Positions 21,547 to 32,941 of a DNA stretch of 64,000 nt are shown here, piece by piece (the stretch's first letter is position 1; the number at the start of each line of letters is the position of its first letter). The stretch comes from Trypanosoma brucei (lineage: Eukaryota). Below the pieces are notes generated by a model. The model ran no database searches, was not told the DNA's origin, and was given only the letters and a program-made list of their open reading frames with translations. The position numbers and the translations under genes were made by a program. The stretch is taken from contig CH464491.1 of the NCBI GenBank assembly GCA_000002445.1, positions 2,816,001 to 2,880,000 of the forward strand, read 5' to 3'.

Positions 21547-22431
21547 ATGAACTACCCGATGTATGTTGGCGAGTACTCCGATGATCGTACAGGCTTCGAT
21601 GAGGAGGTTGACGAGGAAGTCATACCGTGGATTGTGTGGTTCTGCGAAATGAAGAGCCACGAGTTTTTCTGCGTGGTGGACAGGGACTTCATTGACGATG
21701 AGTTCAACCTTACCGGTCTTTCCTCCATGGTATCCTTCTACCACTATGCGCTCGATCTGATTCTGGACCTCGAAACGCAGAGCAGCTCCCGGCTGACGGA
21801 AGAACAACAGCGGCTTGTGGAGTCCTCCGCCGAAACGCTTTACGGTCTCATCCACGCCCGCTTCATCACGACACCGCGCGGTTTGAAGCTTATGGAAGAA
21901 AAATTTGTCGAAGGGGAGTTTGGCCGGTGCCCCCGAGTGTTTTGTGGCGGCCAAGCGGTGTTACCCGTGGGCCAGAGTGACGTGGTGCGCGAAAGCTCAG
22001 TGAAACTCTTCTGTCCAAAATGTCAGGACATTTATTATCCGCGGTCCTCACGACACCGCGCACTAGACGGTGCCTTCTGGGGGACAACGTTCCCACACCT
22101 CTTTCTTATGCATCTCAGGGAGAATGGAAAGGTGATTGGGCGCCCCAAGCAGCAATATATCCCTCGTATCTACGGCTTTCGGCTGCACAACAAGGAAAAG
22201 TGCGTTCGCGACGAAGATGTGGAGCGGGCCGGGAGTGTTGGCGGTGGTGCTGCAGGCGCCGACGAGGGAGATGCCGAAGAAGAGGAAGAACAAGAGGAAG
22301 AGGAGGGAAGTCACCACCAGCAACAAATTGGTGGGGAGGGCAGTACACGACAAAATACACCCAACTCTCGTAAGGGACGGAGTGGCGCTAGGGGGCCCAG
22401 AGGAGAGCCTGAGGAGACACCAAAGAGATAA
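21547..22431 (+). CDS. CK2B: casein kinase II regulatory (beta) subunit
   Basis: 'LYGLIHARFITTPRGLKLMEEKFVEGEFGRCPRVFCGGQAVLPVGQSDVVRESSVKLFCPKCQDIYYPRSSRH...AFWGTTFPHLFLM' matches the CK2-beta core, including the Cys4 zinc finger (CPRVFC...CPKC). A Glu/Gly-rich C-terminal tail follows. Confidence 0.85.
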   Translation: MNYPMYVGEYSDDRTGFDEEVDEEVIPWIVWFCEMKSHEFFCVVDRDFIDDEFNLTGLSSMVSFYHYALDLILDLETQSSSRLTEEQQRLVESSAETLYGLIHARFITTPRGLKLMEEKFVEGEFGRCPRVFCGGQAVLPVGQSDVVRESSVKLFCPKCQDIYYPRSSRHRALDGAFWGTTFPHLFLMHLRENGKVIGRPKQQYIPRIYGFRLHNKEKCVRDEDVERAGSVGGGAAGADEGDAEEEEEQEEEEGSHHQQQIGGEGSTRQNTPNSRKGRSGARGPRGEPEETPKR

Positions 22432-23471
22432 AGGAAATGAAGAAAAGACAAAGTAATAAGAGGGAAAATCTGTGGACGTAAGCCGAATGTGGTGACGGTG
22501 GTGGTGGTGGTGGTTTGATAGGCTTGGGTATCTGAGAGGGCGGTGTGACGTATATTTATTTAAAAATACGTGTGGTTGTGGAAGGTGAAGAAGCGGAGGT
22601 AGGCAGAAGTGAATGAGAGTTGCCTTCCTGTTTCCAATTACCCACCGTCCTCCCAGACGATGATGGACGTACACCTCACTTCTGAATGAAGAACGAGGGG
22701 TGAACAGAATGGAAGAAGTTGCGCAGTTGTTTTCAATGTTTTTCGTTTTCGTGTCCATGGCAGTGACTGTGGAATGGAGGCGTGTGTTGGGGGTTGTAGG
22801 AATGAAGGAGAGGTGGGGAAACAGGACGTCTTGGAAAGGTTACGGACGTACTGGAGTGATGAGAGGATGAAGCAAAAGGATGTAAAAGAAAGACTTTCAC
22901 CGGACTGTGGTCAAGCACGTTCAACTGAACATGCATTAAATCCATTTCAAAAGATGCGAGGCGGTAGTTGCGCGGTACTCCCCGCTGTATCTCATCCCTT
23001 ATTTTCTTTTGTTGTGTGTGATAAGGTGTTTTCATGTGGTGGTCTTTTATTATATATATATTTTTGTGTAAGTGCTCTTTCTTTGTACGGATGGTTGGTG
23101 TCGTTGCAAACGTGTGATCCTCTTTTACCGGGTGTACTGTCATTGTTCTCGGTCGGTGATGCCGTCTGTCCTTTACTCTGCCACGCTGGAACCAAGGACG
23201 CCACCCACAACGTGCATAGATATATACATATCTATATATACATGCGTATAACGTAAATGAGTGACCGCTGCATGGACGTAAGTATAGATGGGGGGTGGGG
23301 GCTGTGACTGCTCTGAATTCCATTGCCCAGCCGACTTTTCTCCCCTGCGCTGTTGTTTTGGCACTCATTTAATTTACTTCCCTACCGCATCGTGTCTCCC
23401 GAGACGCCGTTAGTGGAAGGAGGTGTTTAGTACCGAAAGGTTAGGGGAAAACTGGGAGAGGCTTCATCTCG

Positions 23472-25049
23472 TTGAGAACAGGAAGGAATACAGTTAAGAA
23501 CCGTGCTTGGATAGGTGGAGTTCCTTTGCATAAGAAAGCAGTCAGCGGGATGAATCCGCCGACTACTCAGGCCAATGGTGATAGACCTCAAAGACAATTT
23601 TCGGGGGCGAATCGTCAACCAGCCACACTCAGCCATGAAAAGAGTCACCACACACCAATGCGGCGTCTGATTATGACAAATCACAACCGCCATGCTGAGC
23701 AAAAGGGCCAACGACAGGGAAATGAAGCGGCTCAAAGTGATGGGGAGCTCTTGGGGCGTGCGAAGACCCACTCAAGTTTCGCGGAGCTCCGCCGTTCCCT
23801 GGTGGATGCGTCAGCCGTTGCGGAATTCATCCAGAAGAACTACACCGGAAGGTTACGCGACCCCAAACAACTCAATAACTTTTTTCAGGCCCTCAGTAAC
23901 CGACCGGAGACTATTTTTACGGAGCTTTGTGGATTGTACAAGAAAGAGGTTTGCCTCATGCTTGAGCGAATGCTGGAGGTGTACTCCACAGCCACCTCCA
24001 CTTCAGCGGTGCCAATTTCTCCAGCGGCACATGAGTTTATTATTCGCTGCGAGCAGAACGGTGTGCGAAGGATGACGTGGGCGGATGAGCTTACACAAAC
24101 CAACGGCACGCAAAAGGTGGAAAAGGGAGAGGAAGGAGAAGAAGGTGTGGACGCCAAAGCAAGTGCATCTGCATCCGGTCCGGTACCGGTGCTGTTGTTT
24201 TCGCCGCGCGAACTCATAAAGAAGGTTGCAAATGTAGAACCACGGGGTAGGCTAGAGCGTATGATTGAAATGTCCACCACGACAGCTGACCTTGAAAGCT
24301 GTGCACGGAAACTTCAAACTGTTGCAACACCAGCGCAGGAAGGTAAGAAGAATTTGGAGTACGCGGCGGTATGCCGGCTGCTCAGTAAGCTTGCCTCCAA
24401 GACGCGTCGCACATGTGAAGCCATAATTCGCACCGCCACGGAGGCAGGAAAGCTGCCTGTAGATGATCTATCTGCACTTGATCAAGTGATAGGTACGCTT
24501 CTCGCCGTGACCCAGCGTTCATTTTCTGAACGCCCACCCGTAGTGCAGCAACACCCCATAGCGAAACTCTCTAACCTAGTCAAGTGGTGCAACACACATA
24601 ATTTGCTTCAGTACAACGCTGATAAATACTCAGCACTCGTGGAAGCTCTCGAAAAGCAGTCGTCACTGGAGTTACACGCACAGGCAGCACAGTTGGAAAC
24701 AGTGTTGCTTCTCAAAGGGCTGCAACCCGGTGATGATGCGGCGGCTACGGAGACGCTTCAGAAACTGTGGAATGAGTCTCTGGGACGGTACGAACCGTGC
24801 AGTGCCGACGTTTTGTCATCCATTGCTGTCGTGTGTCGGGCCGATGGAATTTCCGATACTCTCCGTACGCAGGTTGCACAGCGCCTCGTCCTTACGCAAC
24901 AATGCGTGCAGAGGGAAAGGAAAAGCAACGAAACAATTCTTCCCAGGCGCGCACTGAGCTTCGTGCTGGTGGAGCAATCAAAAGAAAAGCGAGACGCCGT
25001 CAAGCGGATGCTGGCCAAAGAAGAGAATAAGAAAAGAGGAAGAGATTGA
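23472..25049 (+). CDS. hypothetical protein (likely starts at internal Met near 23550)
   Basis: A 525-aa ORF on the same strand with a helical-repeat-like composition. I recognise no domain. Confidence 0.45.
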   Translation: MRTGRNTVKNRAWIGGVPLHKKAVSGMNPPTTQANGDRPQRQFSGANRQPATLSHEKSHHTPMRRLIMTNHNRHAEQKGQRQGNEAAQSDGELLGRAKTHSSFAELRRSLVDASAVAEFIQKNYTGRLRDPKQLNNFFQALSNRPETIFTELCGLYKKEVCLMLERMLEVYSTATSTSAVPISPAAHEFIIRCEQNGVRRMTWADELTQTNGTQKVEKGEEGEEGVDAKASASASGPVPVLLFSPRELIKKVANVEPRGRLERMIEMSTTTADLESCARKLQTVATPAQEGKKNLEYAAVCRLLSKLASKTRRTCEAIIRTATEAGKLPVDDLSALDQVIGTLLAVTQRSFSERPPVVQQHPIAKLSNLVKWCNTHNLLQYNADKYSALVEALEKQSSLELHAQAAQLETVLLLKGLQPGDDAAATETLQKLWNESLGRYEPCSADVLSSIAVVCRADGISDTLRTQVAQRLVLTQQCVQRERKSNETILPRRALSFVLVEQSKEKRDAVKRMLAKEENKKRGRD

Positions 25050-25468
25050 GGCGAATATGACAGTTGGGAAGAGAATGCATTGCGAATGCTGATTTGGGTT
25101 TTGTGCGCGTTTATGCACACTTGCGTTTATTCGGTTAATTGATAATCCTTTACAGGACCTAGCGTCGCGTCCTCTGCTTAGTATTCGTGTCGCTCGTTAC
25201 TTAGTTATTATTCGTCAATATACAGTGTGCCCTGAACGTCCCAGTTGTTCCATTGCCATGTGCAACGCCTTGTTTTCTTTACTTCCTTTTTTAGTGCCAC
25301 CATTGCTCGTTGGACTGTAGTTGCACTCTCCGTTCGCTCAACCGGTTACGGAAAAGAGGGGGGAACTTCAAGTCGTGGCAAAGACACCTGTACTTTGGTG
25401 CCGTCACGAAGTTCGGTGGCACAGTGCTCAAGTTTTATCTTTAAGACCATTGTAGCGCCAACAGCCGG

Positions 25469-26728
25469 ATGCTAAACCTGGAGTCGCTTAACACAGGCCT
25501 CACACGAGTCGTGAGCGTGAAGAAATACCCTGTCACACGAAGGCAGCAACTGCACCTGTCACGCACCACCAAAGGTCGTGTTTTCCGGATTGGGGTCCTT
25601 CACAGCAAAGAAATGACTGAAGCAATGCTCCTGAAGAACCGACGTGGGTTTGTCAACAGTCAGGTGAATACGGTGGCTCACGCCCCATCCCTCTATCACT
25701 GGCTTTTTCACCGCTGCGGTGTGCCGTTTGAGGAGGCTGCAGAGTTGGCAAGCAGCGGCGGTTTAACCGTTAATGGCATCACGGTTGACCGCAGCGAGCT
25801 GGAGGCGCAGAGAGACTGGGCTGCGTTCCAGCAAAAGGACATCCTCATCCGCGTGCCGGCTCCACTGTCTGAACGCACCGCCGGCCTATCGAGCCGCTAT
25901 GGGAACAAAGAAACTCCCTCCAATAGAGACAATAACGGTGAAACTAACGGTAGTAGCAGTTCTAAAGCTTCGCTGTGGGTTCCAGCACTGAAACGGGCAT
26001 TACACCGGCAGTACTTTCTTATCTATCTTCACCCCGGGGTATCCATCACCTCAGATCAAACGGATCCCCGGAGTTTCGTACACCGACTCACTCCGACTAT
26101 TGGAAGCACAGCGGGGCTCGGAATGAATATTCTACGGCCGATCGGTTTTATGAATGGAATGAAGGGTATAGGAATCGCAACAAACGATGTCTCCATGGTG
26201 CGCTACTGGAACAACGAGTTCTTGGGGAATTTTGGTGTCTACGACGTTCGATTCCCGAGAGGTGTGCCGCCCGAAGTATTGTGGCGACTGTCAGAGGAAA
26301 TAAATGCAGACTTGGATAACGGAATCAGGAAGCAACTAAGTCGAGATGTGAAGGTACCCTGCACCTGTGCAGTCGAGCCCGTCCCAATATTTAAGCAGCA
26401 TCGACAAACGCAACGACGCGATGTCGTGTCTGACGTGTACCCCCAAGCACTTCATAACGAACGACTAGTGATAAGAACTCCGCTCCTCCCTTATCGAGTG
26501 GCTCGGAAGATACGGCATGCCAGTGGTCTTACGACGTTGGTGCGCTCCGGCCCGTTCGTATTTCCGCCATCACTACCTGAGGTAAAGGCCCGCCAGTTGT
26601 CACCACAGGAGCTGGCTCTCATGTTCACATTTGAGCGCAAACTCAAGACGAACCGTGTGATACTTAGCCTGCGTGAGTTTGAAGCAGATGCACACGACGA
26701 CATTGCGGGGGAACGACGTGGGCTATGA
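25469..26728 (+). CDS. hypothetical protein with S4-like RNA-binding segment
   Basis: 'FHRCGVPFEEAAELASSGGLTVNGITVDRSELEAQ..DILIRVP' resembles an S4 RNA-binding fold (alpha-L motif). The rest of the protein is unassigned. Confidence 0.4.
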   Translation: MLNLESLNTGLTRVVSVKKYPVTRRQQLHLSRTTKGRVFRIGVLHSKEMTEAMLLKNRRGFVNSQVNTVAHAPSLYHWLFHRCGVPFEEAAELASSGGLTVNGITVDRSELEAQRDWAAFQQKDILIRVPAPLSERTAGLSSRYGNKETPSNRDNNGETNGSSSSKASLWVPALKRALHRQYFLIYLHPGVSITSDQTDPRSFVHRLTPTIGSTAGLGMNILRPIGFMNGMKGIGIATNDVSMVRYWNNEFLGNFGVYDVRFPRGVPPEVLWRLSEEINADLDNGIRKQLSRDVKVPCTCAVEPVPIFKQHRQTQRRDVVSDVYPQALHNERLVIRTPLLPYRVARKIRHASGLTTLVRSGPFVFPPSLPEVKARQLSPQELALMFTFERKLKTNRVILSLREFEADAHDDIAGERRGL

Positions 26729-27117
26729 TTAAGGGGAATAGTTTCGCGCAAATTTTTTCCATGTGTTGATGGTTGGATGGGACGGTTCTTTGACTTGGGC
26801 GAAGCGGATGGCTTTTGGCCCTGGAAAGGGGGAAGAGTAGGGCTGGAAGTAACACACTGTAACGCGGCTACCCACACTTTGAGATGGCGGGCGAATGAAA
26901 ATTGTTTGAGAAACATCACTTTGGTTGTAACCATGCTGGGCTATCTCTACGTGAATAAATATACGTTAAGCACGGTACATCACCCATTTTACCCGTTAAA
27001 TTTCTAGTAGTCACACGTGCATGTCCCTTCCTGTCCCATTTGTCTCCTCCCCTTTCCATTTCTCCCAACACGTAATGCAGGTGTTTGAAGGGTGTATAAG
27101 AAGCCGCAACGGTAATT

Positions 27118-28416
27118 ATGTCGTGGGCTGCACTTGTGGAGAAAGCGAAGGATGTCACGCCGGCGGTGACGGAACCGAAACGAGTTGCGTTTGCGGTAGA
27201 ACCCGGTGAAGGAAGAAAAAAGGAGAGCAATAGTGCGGAAGGTAAAGATGGCAACGATGTGGTGGGGGATGTAGTGGGTGTGGAAGTGCCCTCATTCTCG
27301 AAAGGCCTTTTGGTTCTTGATGCGAACGCCTTCATCAAAGGTATGAATTTGCTAGACGGCACAGCTGATGCACTCGTAACGACCTCACAGGTTATTTCCG
27401 AGGTGCGCGATCGTGCAGCTCGCCAGATGCTGGAAAGGCTTCCAACGCACCTCCATGTATTGGAACCCTCGAAGGAGTCGGTGACCGCCATCGTCAACAT
27501 CGCACAGAAAACAGGTGACTTAGGCACTCTGAGCCGAACAGATATTCGTGTGTGTGCACTTGCGCTGGATTGTTGCAAGGCCACTAATACGCTTTTGGAG
27601 CCAATAGCGCCTCGAGCTGCGGTGATCAACCCTGAGTGTAGCGACGGAACAAAGATTGTAACAGAGCTGAAAGATGAAAGTGAAGAAGCACAAAGCGAGG
27701 ATGATCAAAACGATGAAGGTGTAGCTGATCATAAGAACGATACGGAAAGAGGGGACGACGACGATGAAGGCTGGATTACGCCAGAAAATATTCATTTATG
27801 TAAGGCAAACGAGGGCTCGAGTGCCGGAGCCGCTGCAGGGGAACGGTTTGAGTGTGGGGTCGCATGCGTTACGTCAGACTATGCGATGCAAAACACTCTG
27901 CTGCACGTTGGTGTCCCAATAGTTGGACCGCACGGCATGAGAATACGCGAAGTGCGGCAATGGCTGCTCCGCTGCACCGCCTGTTTCACTATCAATGCAG
28001 ACACGACACGACAGTTCTGCAGTGAATGCGGTAGCGGTAATACGCTTCGGCGTGTGCAGTATGTCGTCACCACTGACGGAGAACGGCAATTGTTTATTAA
28101 CTTCCGTAAGCGGATTAGCACCCGTGGAACAGTGTACAATCTCCCAAAACCACGTGGAGGACGAAGGGGAACAAACAGATGTCTGGTGCTTCGCGAAGAT
28201 CAATTGGCACACCTTATCCGTGGAACCACCTCCATGAAAATGAAAGAGAAACTTGCCACACGATCTGGAAACGGCGGACTCGATGATGATCTGGCTGCCT
28301 TCGGTGAGGCACCGAAGCAACGTAAGCGGGACCCCGATCAACCACGAGTGACCTCATCCTATCATAAGTACAATGTGAACGAACGGAAAAAGCTTCGCGC
28401 GGCGCGACGGAAGTGA
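27118..28416 (+). CDS. NOB1: NOB1-like endonuclease (PIN domain + zinc ribbon), 18S rRNA 3'-end processing
   Basis: A PIN-like N-domain ('LLVLDANAFIKGMNLLD...LVTTSQVISEVRD') is followed by an acidic insert, then the zinc ribbon 'CTACFTINADTTRQFCSECGSGNTLRRV' and a basic tail. This is the Nob1 architecture. Confidence 0.7.
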   Translation: MSWAALVEKAKDVTPAVTEPKRVAFAVEPGEGRKKESNSAEGKDGNDVVGDVVGVEVPSFSKGLLVLDANAFIKGMNLLDGTADALVTTSQVISEVRDRAARQMLERLPTHLHVLEPSKESVTAIVNIAQKTGDLGTLSRTDIRVCALALDCCKATNTLLEPIAPRAAVINPECSDGTKIVTELKDESEEAQSEDDQNDEGVADHKNDTERGDDDDEGWITPENIHLCKANEGSSAGAAAGERFECGVACVTSDYAMQNTLLHVGVPIVGPHGMRIREVRQWLLRCTACFTINADTTRQFCSECGSGNTLRRVQYVVTTDGERQLFINFRKRISTRGTVYNLPKPRGGRRGTNRCLVLREDQLAHLIRGTTSMKMKEKLATRSGNGGLDDDLAAFGEAPKQRKRDPDQPRVTSSYHKYNVNERKKLRAARRK

Positions 28417-28787
28417 TTTGTGCGTGTGTGTGCGTGTGTGTGTGTCCTCACCAGATGAATCTTGCCTCCCTCTCCCCCCCGTACCGAAAAGGATAGAGGG
28501 CTGAGCAGGTGAAACTGTAGGAGGGGGATGTGAACGGCACCTGAGGAACTCGCTAACTGGTCCACACATAATTGCACGGCAGAACCGCGTGGACATCCTC
28601 CTGGTTATGTCGTACATTTTTAGTTAAAATGGTTGTAGCCTACGACTATAAGGTAAATAAGACAGTTCGTCGTCAGTACGTGTAGTAAATAAAGTGCTAT
28701 TGCGTGAACGAAGCAGCCGTATATGGCCATTCTACGGGAGTTGCACGTGACCGTAGGTACGAAAATGCTTTATAAAATCGCCTGGCG

Positions 28788-29639
28788 ATGGCGTCCTGCG
28801 TGACCCCCCACACCCGCGTATTTCTTTTCATCTGTTTTTTTTTCCTCCTCTTTCCATGCCTTTCTTTAACTTGTAGATCCGGGCCGGGTGGGTGGGACGA
28901 AAACGAAGGGATGCGTTACCCGGGGCGAAGGACTTTCTGCCGGGTCGCTTCCACGGCCACCTGTGGAGTTCTACTGGCAAACACGCTGCTCATCTCCTAC
29001 GCATGTTATGGAAAAGACACTTTTTTTCTTCAGCACTGGAATTATGGTAAACCAGTTATAATGAAGAAAACGCATTTGTTGGCGTTTTGGGAAAACGCCC
29101 TCAGTGCTGGGGAACGAGGTTGTGTTCAGGCTTGGTTAGACGCAATGAGTCTGAAGTCGCCATCCCACTCATTATTTTCCCCGCTTTTCGTGTTGCAAGA
29201 CACATTACTTTTTGTGTGTGGCTTACCGGAGTGGCGCAGCGCGGTCCTCACGCTGAGTAAACTGTTGGGTACAGATGTGGTGCCGTATTGCATGGAAATA
29301 CGACGGGAACGGCAAGGTGATGTGATTTTTCTGCATCTCAAACTGGAGACAGAGTTGAGACCCCGTTTTCTCCAATGGGCGAAAGGCGAGAAGGGCGGAA
29401 CACTCTCGTTTCCGTCAGTGGCAACATTGCAACTGGAAGAAAATAGCCCTGGAAGTGTTGGTAGTAATAAGTGGCGAATTGCTGCCGCAGAGCACCGTTG
29501 GTTCGGCGGTCCCATTGTGTCGCAGCAAAGCGCAACGTTGCGCTCGCCGTGGGGAGACGTGGGGGATATCCTGCGGCGTTTCTTCGCCTATTCCATGTTG
29601 GGCATTTCCCGTATTTTAGTTCGAGAAAAAGAGTTGTGA
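28788..29639 (+). CDS. hypothetical protein (start probably internal)
   Basis: A 283-aa ORF. Its first 30 codons translate a polyY tract. No domain assigned. Confidence 0.4.
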   Translation: MASCVTPHTRVFLFICFFFLLFPCLSLTCRSGPGGWDENEGMRYPGRRTFCRVASTATCGVLLANTLLISYACYGKDTFFLQHWNYGKPVIMKKTHLLAFWENALSAGERGCVQAWLDAMSLKSPSHSLFSPLFVLQDTLLFVCGLPEWRSAVLTLSKLLGTDVVPYCMEIRRERQGDVIFLHLKLETELRPRFLQWAKGEKGGTLSFPSVATLQLEENSPGSVGSNKWRIAAAEHRWFGGPIVSQQSATLRSPWGDVGDILRRFFAYSMLGISRILVREKEL

Positions 29640-30730
29640 GGTTGCGTGGCCGTCCGTCTGCTTGCCCTTGTGTGCGTGTGTTTGTGACCACTTGAAATGA
29701 AATAACAAACACTGACGCGAAGGTTGGTCCCAAAGAGAGGCGTTACAAATGTTAAGCGAAGGAGATTAATGAAGGAAATAACTGACACATTATAGCCGGA
29801 ACACCCACGAATGCGGGGACGGGTTTGGGTTCAACCGAAAGATTCGAGCTTGAGCTTAACGAATTGGGGATATAACCAAAGGTTCCAAAAAAAAAAAAAA
29901 GAATGGGACCTGACATTCCTCTATTACCACGTTATCTTCCTGTCACAACTTCGTGACGCATGATCTGCATTACTATCGGCAGATGAAAGGGTTGGAGAAA
30001 GGCGCCGCCTGTTCCAACAAGTGATTCATTTATATTAGGGGTTTGCGGGGAGCAACAACGTGACGCAAAGCTTGCCTAACCAGCATTTATCATTTTCCCG
30101 TCGTCCATTACTGGTCTTAATATTTATGTGGGCGGGAAAATGTAAGATAGGATTCTTATGCCGCTCCAGTGCCCGCTCGTTCGTGAGCCGCGGGTTATTG
30201 TCGTGCCGTATTGCTCCGAAGCGGTTCATTCCTACGTGTTGAGAAGGTCGCTGGCGTATAATTATTTTTTTTGAGAAGCTTTGACTAGCGTTTGCTTCGT
30301 TTTGGACACTCGTTATTGTAGGAAGCTGCTCATTCAGGCAGAAAGGGTTATTGAAGTCGCATATTCCTCGTGACAACCTCTTGGTGTAAATTGTTATTTA
30401 CATTTGACAGTGGTGGTAAGTGGACATCTATGCTCACAGAAGGACGTTCATATGCATATATTCAGGGAACTGCAACACGGTTAGTGGGTTCTGACTTGAT
30501 AGGCGCGTGGGCAACCGTGTCCTCGTTTCGCCTAATGCTATCGGGAACTTCAAGTGGTGTGGAGCCTCCCGTTACTGTTGGTAACGTTTGGAAAAAGGAA
30601 ACAACTCGCCGCATTGAGCTTCCTTCATCTACTGGCATCTACAGAAATGCCAGCCCTCCGACCTCCCATGCTTGAAAACCATGCACTTGTTGTTGCAGCG
30701 CTTGCCATGTCATTCCCCTCCCCACACGTG

Positions 30731-30763
30731 TCTTCTCTAATACTTTTGTTTTTTAGTCCTGAG
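30731..30763 (+). promoter_or_regulatory. polypyrimidine tract + AG immediately upstream of proposed gamma-CA-like start
   Basis: 'tcttctctaatacttttgttttttagtcctgag' directly precedes the ATG at 30764. This supports the shorter gene model. Confidence 0.45.
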
Positions 30764-32059
30764 ATGCTTCGCCGTACACTTTCGCGCTGCTTTTCTGCGG
30801 ATGCCATTGGCCCCGTGCACCCCGATGTGATGTGGGGATATATGGACGCCCGCTACGCAGGGCCGGGGTGGGTGAGTTGGATCAAGCAGTTGCCCGTCGA
30901 AACGCTCACCATGCAGGGTGGCACCTCCATGACAAATATGAACGACCGTACCGGCGTCATTGCCGACCCAGAGGATCCCCGGCATCCAATAGCGCTCATA
31001 CAATGGGGACCCATGAACCACTATGACGGAGCCTTCATGCAACTCTCCTACGGAGACTACGGTCCAATCAGCCAAGGCTCCCGACTAATGCAGGTGCTCT
31101 ACGATAACTATTTGGAACCCTTTTCCATGAACCGGGTGTGTGCCCAGCTGTACTTCTATCAGAAGGTGCCGAACAACTACCACGAGTCTGTTGAGGCTTC
31201 TGCCGAATATATTGGCCAAACTGCCTCGCTCATTGGGCAAGTGTTGGTAGGAATGGGTTCTGTTATTATGGAAGGTGTGACGGTGAAGGGTGACACGAAC
31301 TGTGTGTACATTGCAGAGGGCGTACAAGTGTTGGAAAACACGTGTATAGTGAGTGACGCTCCAACCGACCTCCTTGCCTATCAGCGGCACGAGGCAATCA
31401 ACCCCTACCAGCAATGGGACGGCATGGATGGTGTGTGTAGAATCATGCAGAACACGATCATTGAACCTAACTGCTTCTTGGATAGCTGTTCCATCGGGCC
31501 TTTCAATCGCATAGGTCACAATACCAAGATCATGAAGGGGGTAACGACAGGAACGATGGTCCATATCCTCCCGGGAAGCGTTGTAACAAAGGACACAAAA
31601 ATTGGCGACGGTGAGCTTTGGGGTGGTGCTCCTGCGGTTAAAATTGGAAAAGTGAGCAAATTCGAGTGGAAACGTCCCTACTTCGCCTCCCTCCTGCACA
31701 GAGAGAGCGTAGTGGAGTCTTACCGCAACATGTCGCGGTATGGTGACCAGGTGGTGCACTTTCAAGACAAGATGGGAAAGTTAGATACGCTCATGCTGCA
31801 ATATGAAAAGGATGTTCCAGCTTCTGTGAAGGCGAAGATAAAGGAGTTTGTACAGGGGCGTGAACCGTTCCATCATATGCTGACGCGGATCACGCAAGGT
31901 TGGTCGCCCGCTAACCGCCCAGACGACAAGAACTACAATCTGTGCCCACCGCTTCCGGGAGTGAAACTGTTTGCGGAGCACAATAACGATTCCTCTGATA
32001 GTGATCTTCATGGAACTTATATGGACATCACAAATATATTTAACGACTTCCGCTGGTAG
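30764..32059 (+). CDS. gamma-carbonic-anhydrase-like hexapeptide-repeat (left-handed beta-helix) protein with predicted mitochondrial presequence
   Basis: The ATG at 30764 is preceded by a polyY tract and AG. The N-terminal 'MLRRTLSRCFSA' is presequence-like. LbH hexapeptide blocks include 'IGQVLVGMGSVIMEGVTVKGDTNCVYIAEGVQVLENTCIVSD'. The segment 'GSVVTKDTKIGDGELWGGAPAVKIGKVSKFE' parallels the gamma-CA C-terminus. The ORF-track start at 30554 is probably over-extended. Confidence 0.55.
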   Translation: MLRRTLSRCFSADAIGPVHPDVMWGYMDARYAGPGWVSWIKQLPVETLTMQGGTSMTNMNDRTGVIADPEDPRHPIALIQWGPMNHYDGAFMQLSYGDYGPISQGSRLMQVLYDNYLEPFSMNRVCAQLYFYQKVPNNYHESVEASAEYIGQTASLIGQVLVGMGSVIMEGVTVKGDTNCVYIAEGVQVLENTCIVSDAPTDLLAYQRHEAINPYQQWDGMDGVCRIMQNTIIEPNCFLDSCSIGPFNRIGHNTKIMKGVTTGTMVHILPGSVVTKDTKIGDGELWGGAPAVKIGKVSKFEWKRPYFASLLHRESVVESYRNMSRYGDQVVHFQDKMGKLDTLMLQYEKDVPASVKAKIKEFVQGREPFHHMLTRITQGWSPANRPDDKNYNLCPPLPGVKLFAEHNNDSSDSDLHGTYMDITNIFNDFRW

Positions 32060-32941
32060 GTTCAGTCGTGCTTACTCGCTTTTCTTTGCTGACATACGCA
32101 CCTCCTGCGCGTTGGTGGTTTTTTTCGTGGTCGTATGTTTCTACCGCGGGCAAGAAGTTTAGGAATGGTATCTGTACCTTATACATGCGCGTGTCTGCTT
32201 ACATACACGTGTGCACCTTAGGAGTACGGAGCGAAGAGAGCATTTGTAACTCCAACGACGTTTGAGTTGTAGACGGGAATACATGAGGAAGGTGTGCTTG
32301 ATGAAATAGCGGTGGTCTCTCTCTACTTGAATTCCCCTCATAGCGGCTGATCACCTCAGACGGATGCAATTCTTTCTTTTGTGCTTTTCTCCGTCCCGTG
32401 GGGAAGGGAGGTGTGCGCGTGAGGAAGGAGGCGGCGAGGCTGAAATTGAGGGTTACAAGAGATGACGGCATTAGTACTAGTAGTAGCAGTATCATTGTTG
32501 TTTGAACCCAAATGTATGTCGTGTTTCATGTGTGTGGCGGGAGCGCTATTCTTGGGCTGTTGGGTGCTACCAACAGAAGTGGTGTATGAATTAGGATATG
32601 GTTAGTGTTTATCGTCTTGCTGGGTAATGTAGTGGGGGTGCGGTTAGGTACGGATATTCGACAGCTGTGCAGATACACCTCTGTTTGTTTTCTTCCGACT
32701 CGTTCGATGAGTAGCGCAGCGCTCGCATTTATCACGATGCCTTTACCCTCAGTCTTTCGACCCTTAACCTTTAGACTTATACGCAACGAGGCAAGAGCGC
32801 GTACGTGAATTTTCTATGGGTAAATAACATGTTTCTGCTTCTGCGGGCACACCTTTGTTTAGGTACGGAGAACAGTGTAATATTTGTGTGCTCTTTTCAT
32901 ATTTCTTCTCTTTTATGGACTTCAAACCCGATGATTGATGA

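Noticed and set aside
22063-23368. Minus-strand ORFs of 231 aa and 211 aa between CK2-beta and the next gene
   Set aside because: They are low-complexity translations rich in His, Pro and Ser. They overlap the CK2-beta 3' end and the downstream polyY region. No domain is present and the strand is opposite to the transcription unit.
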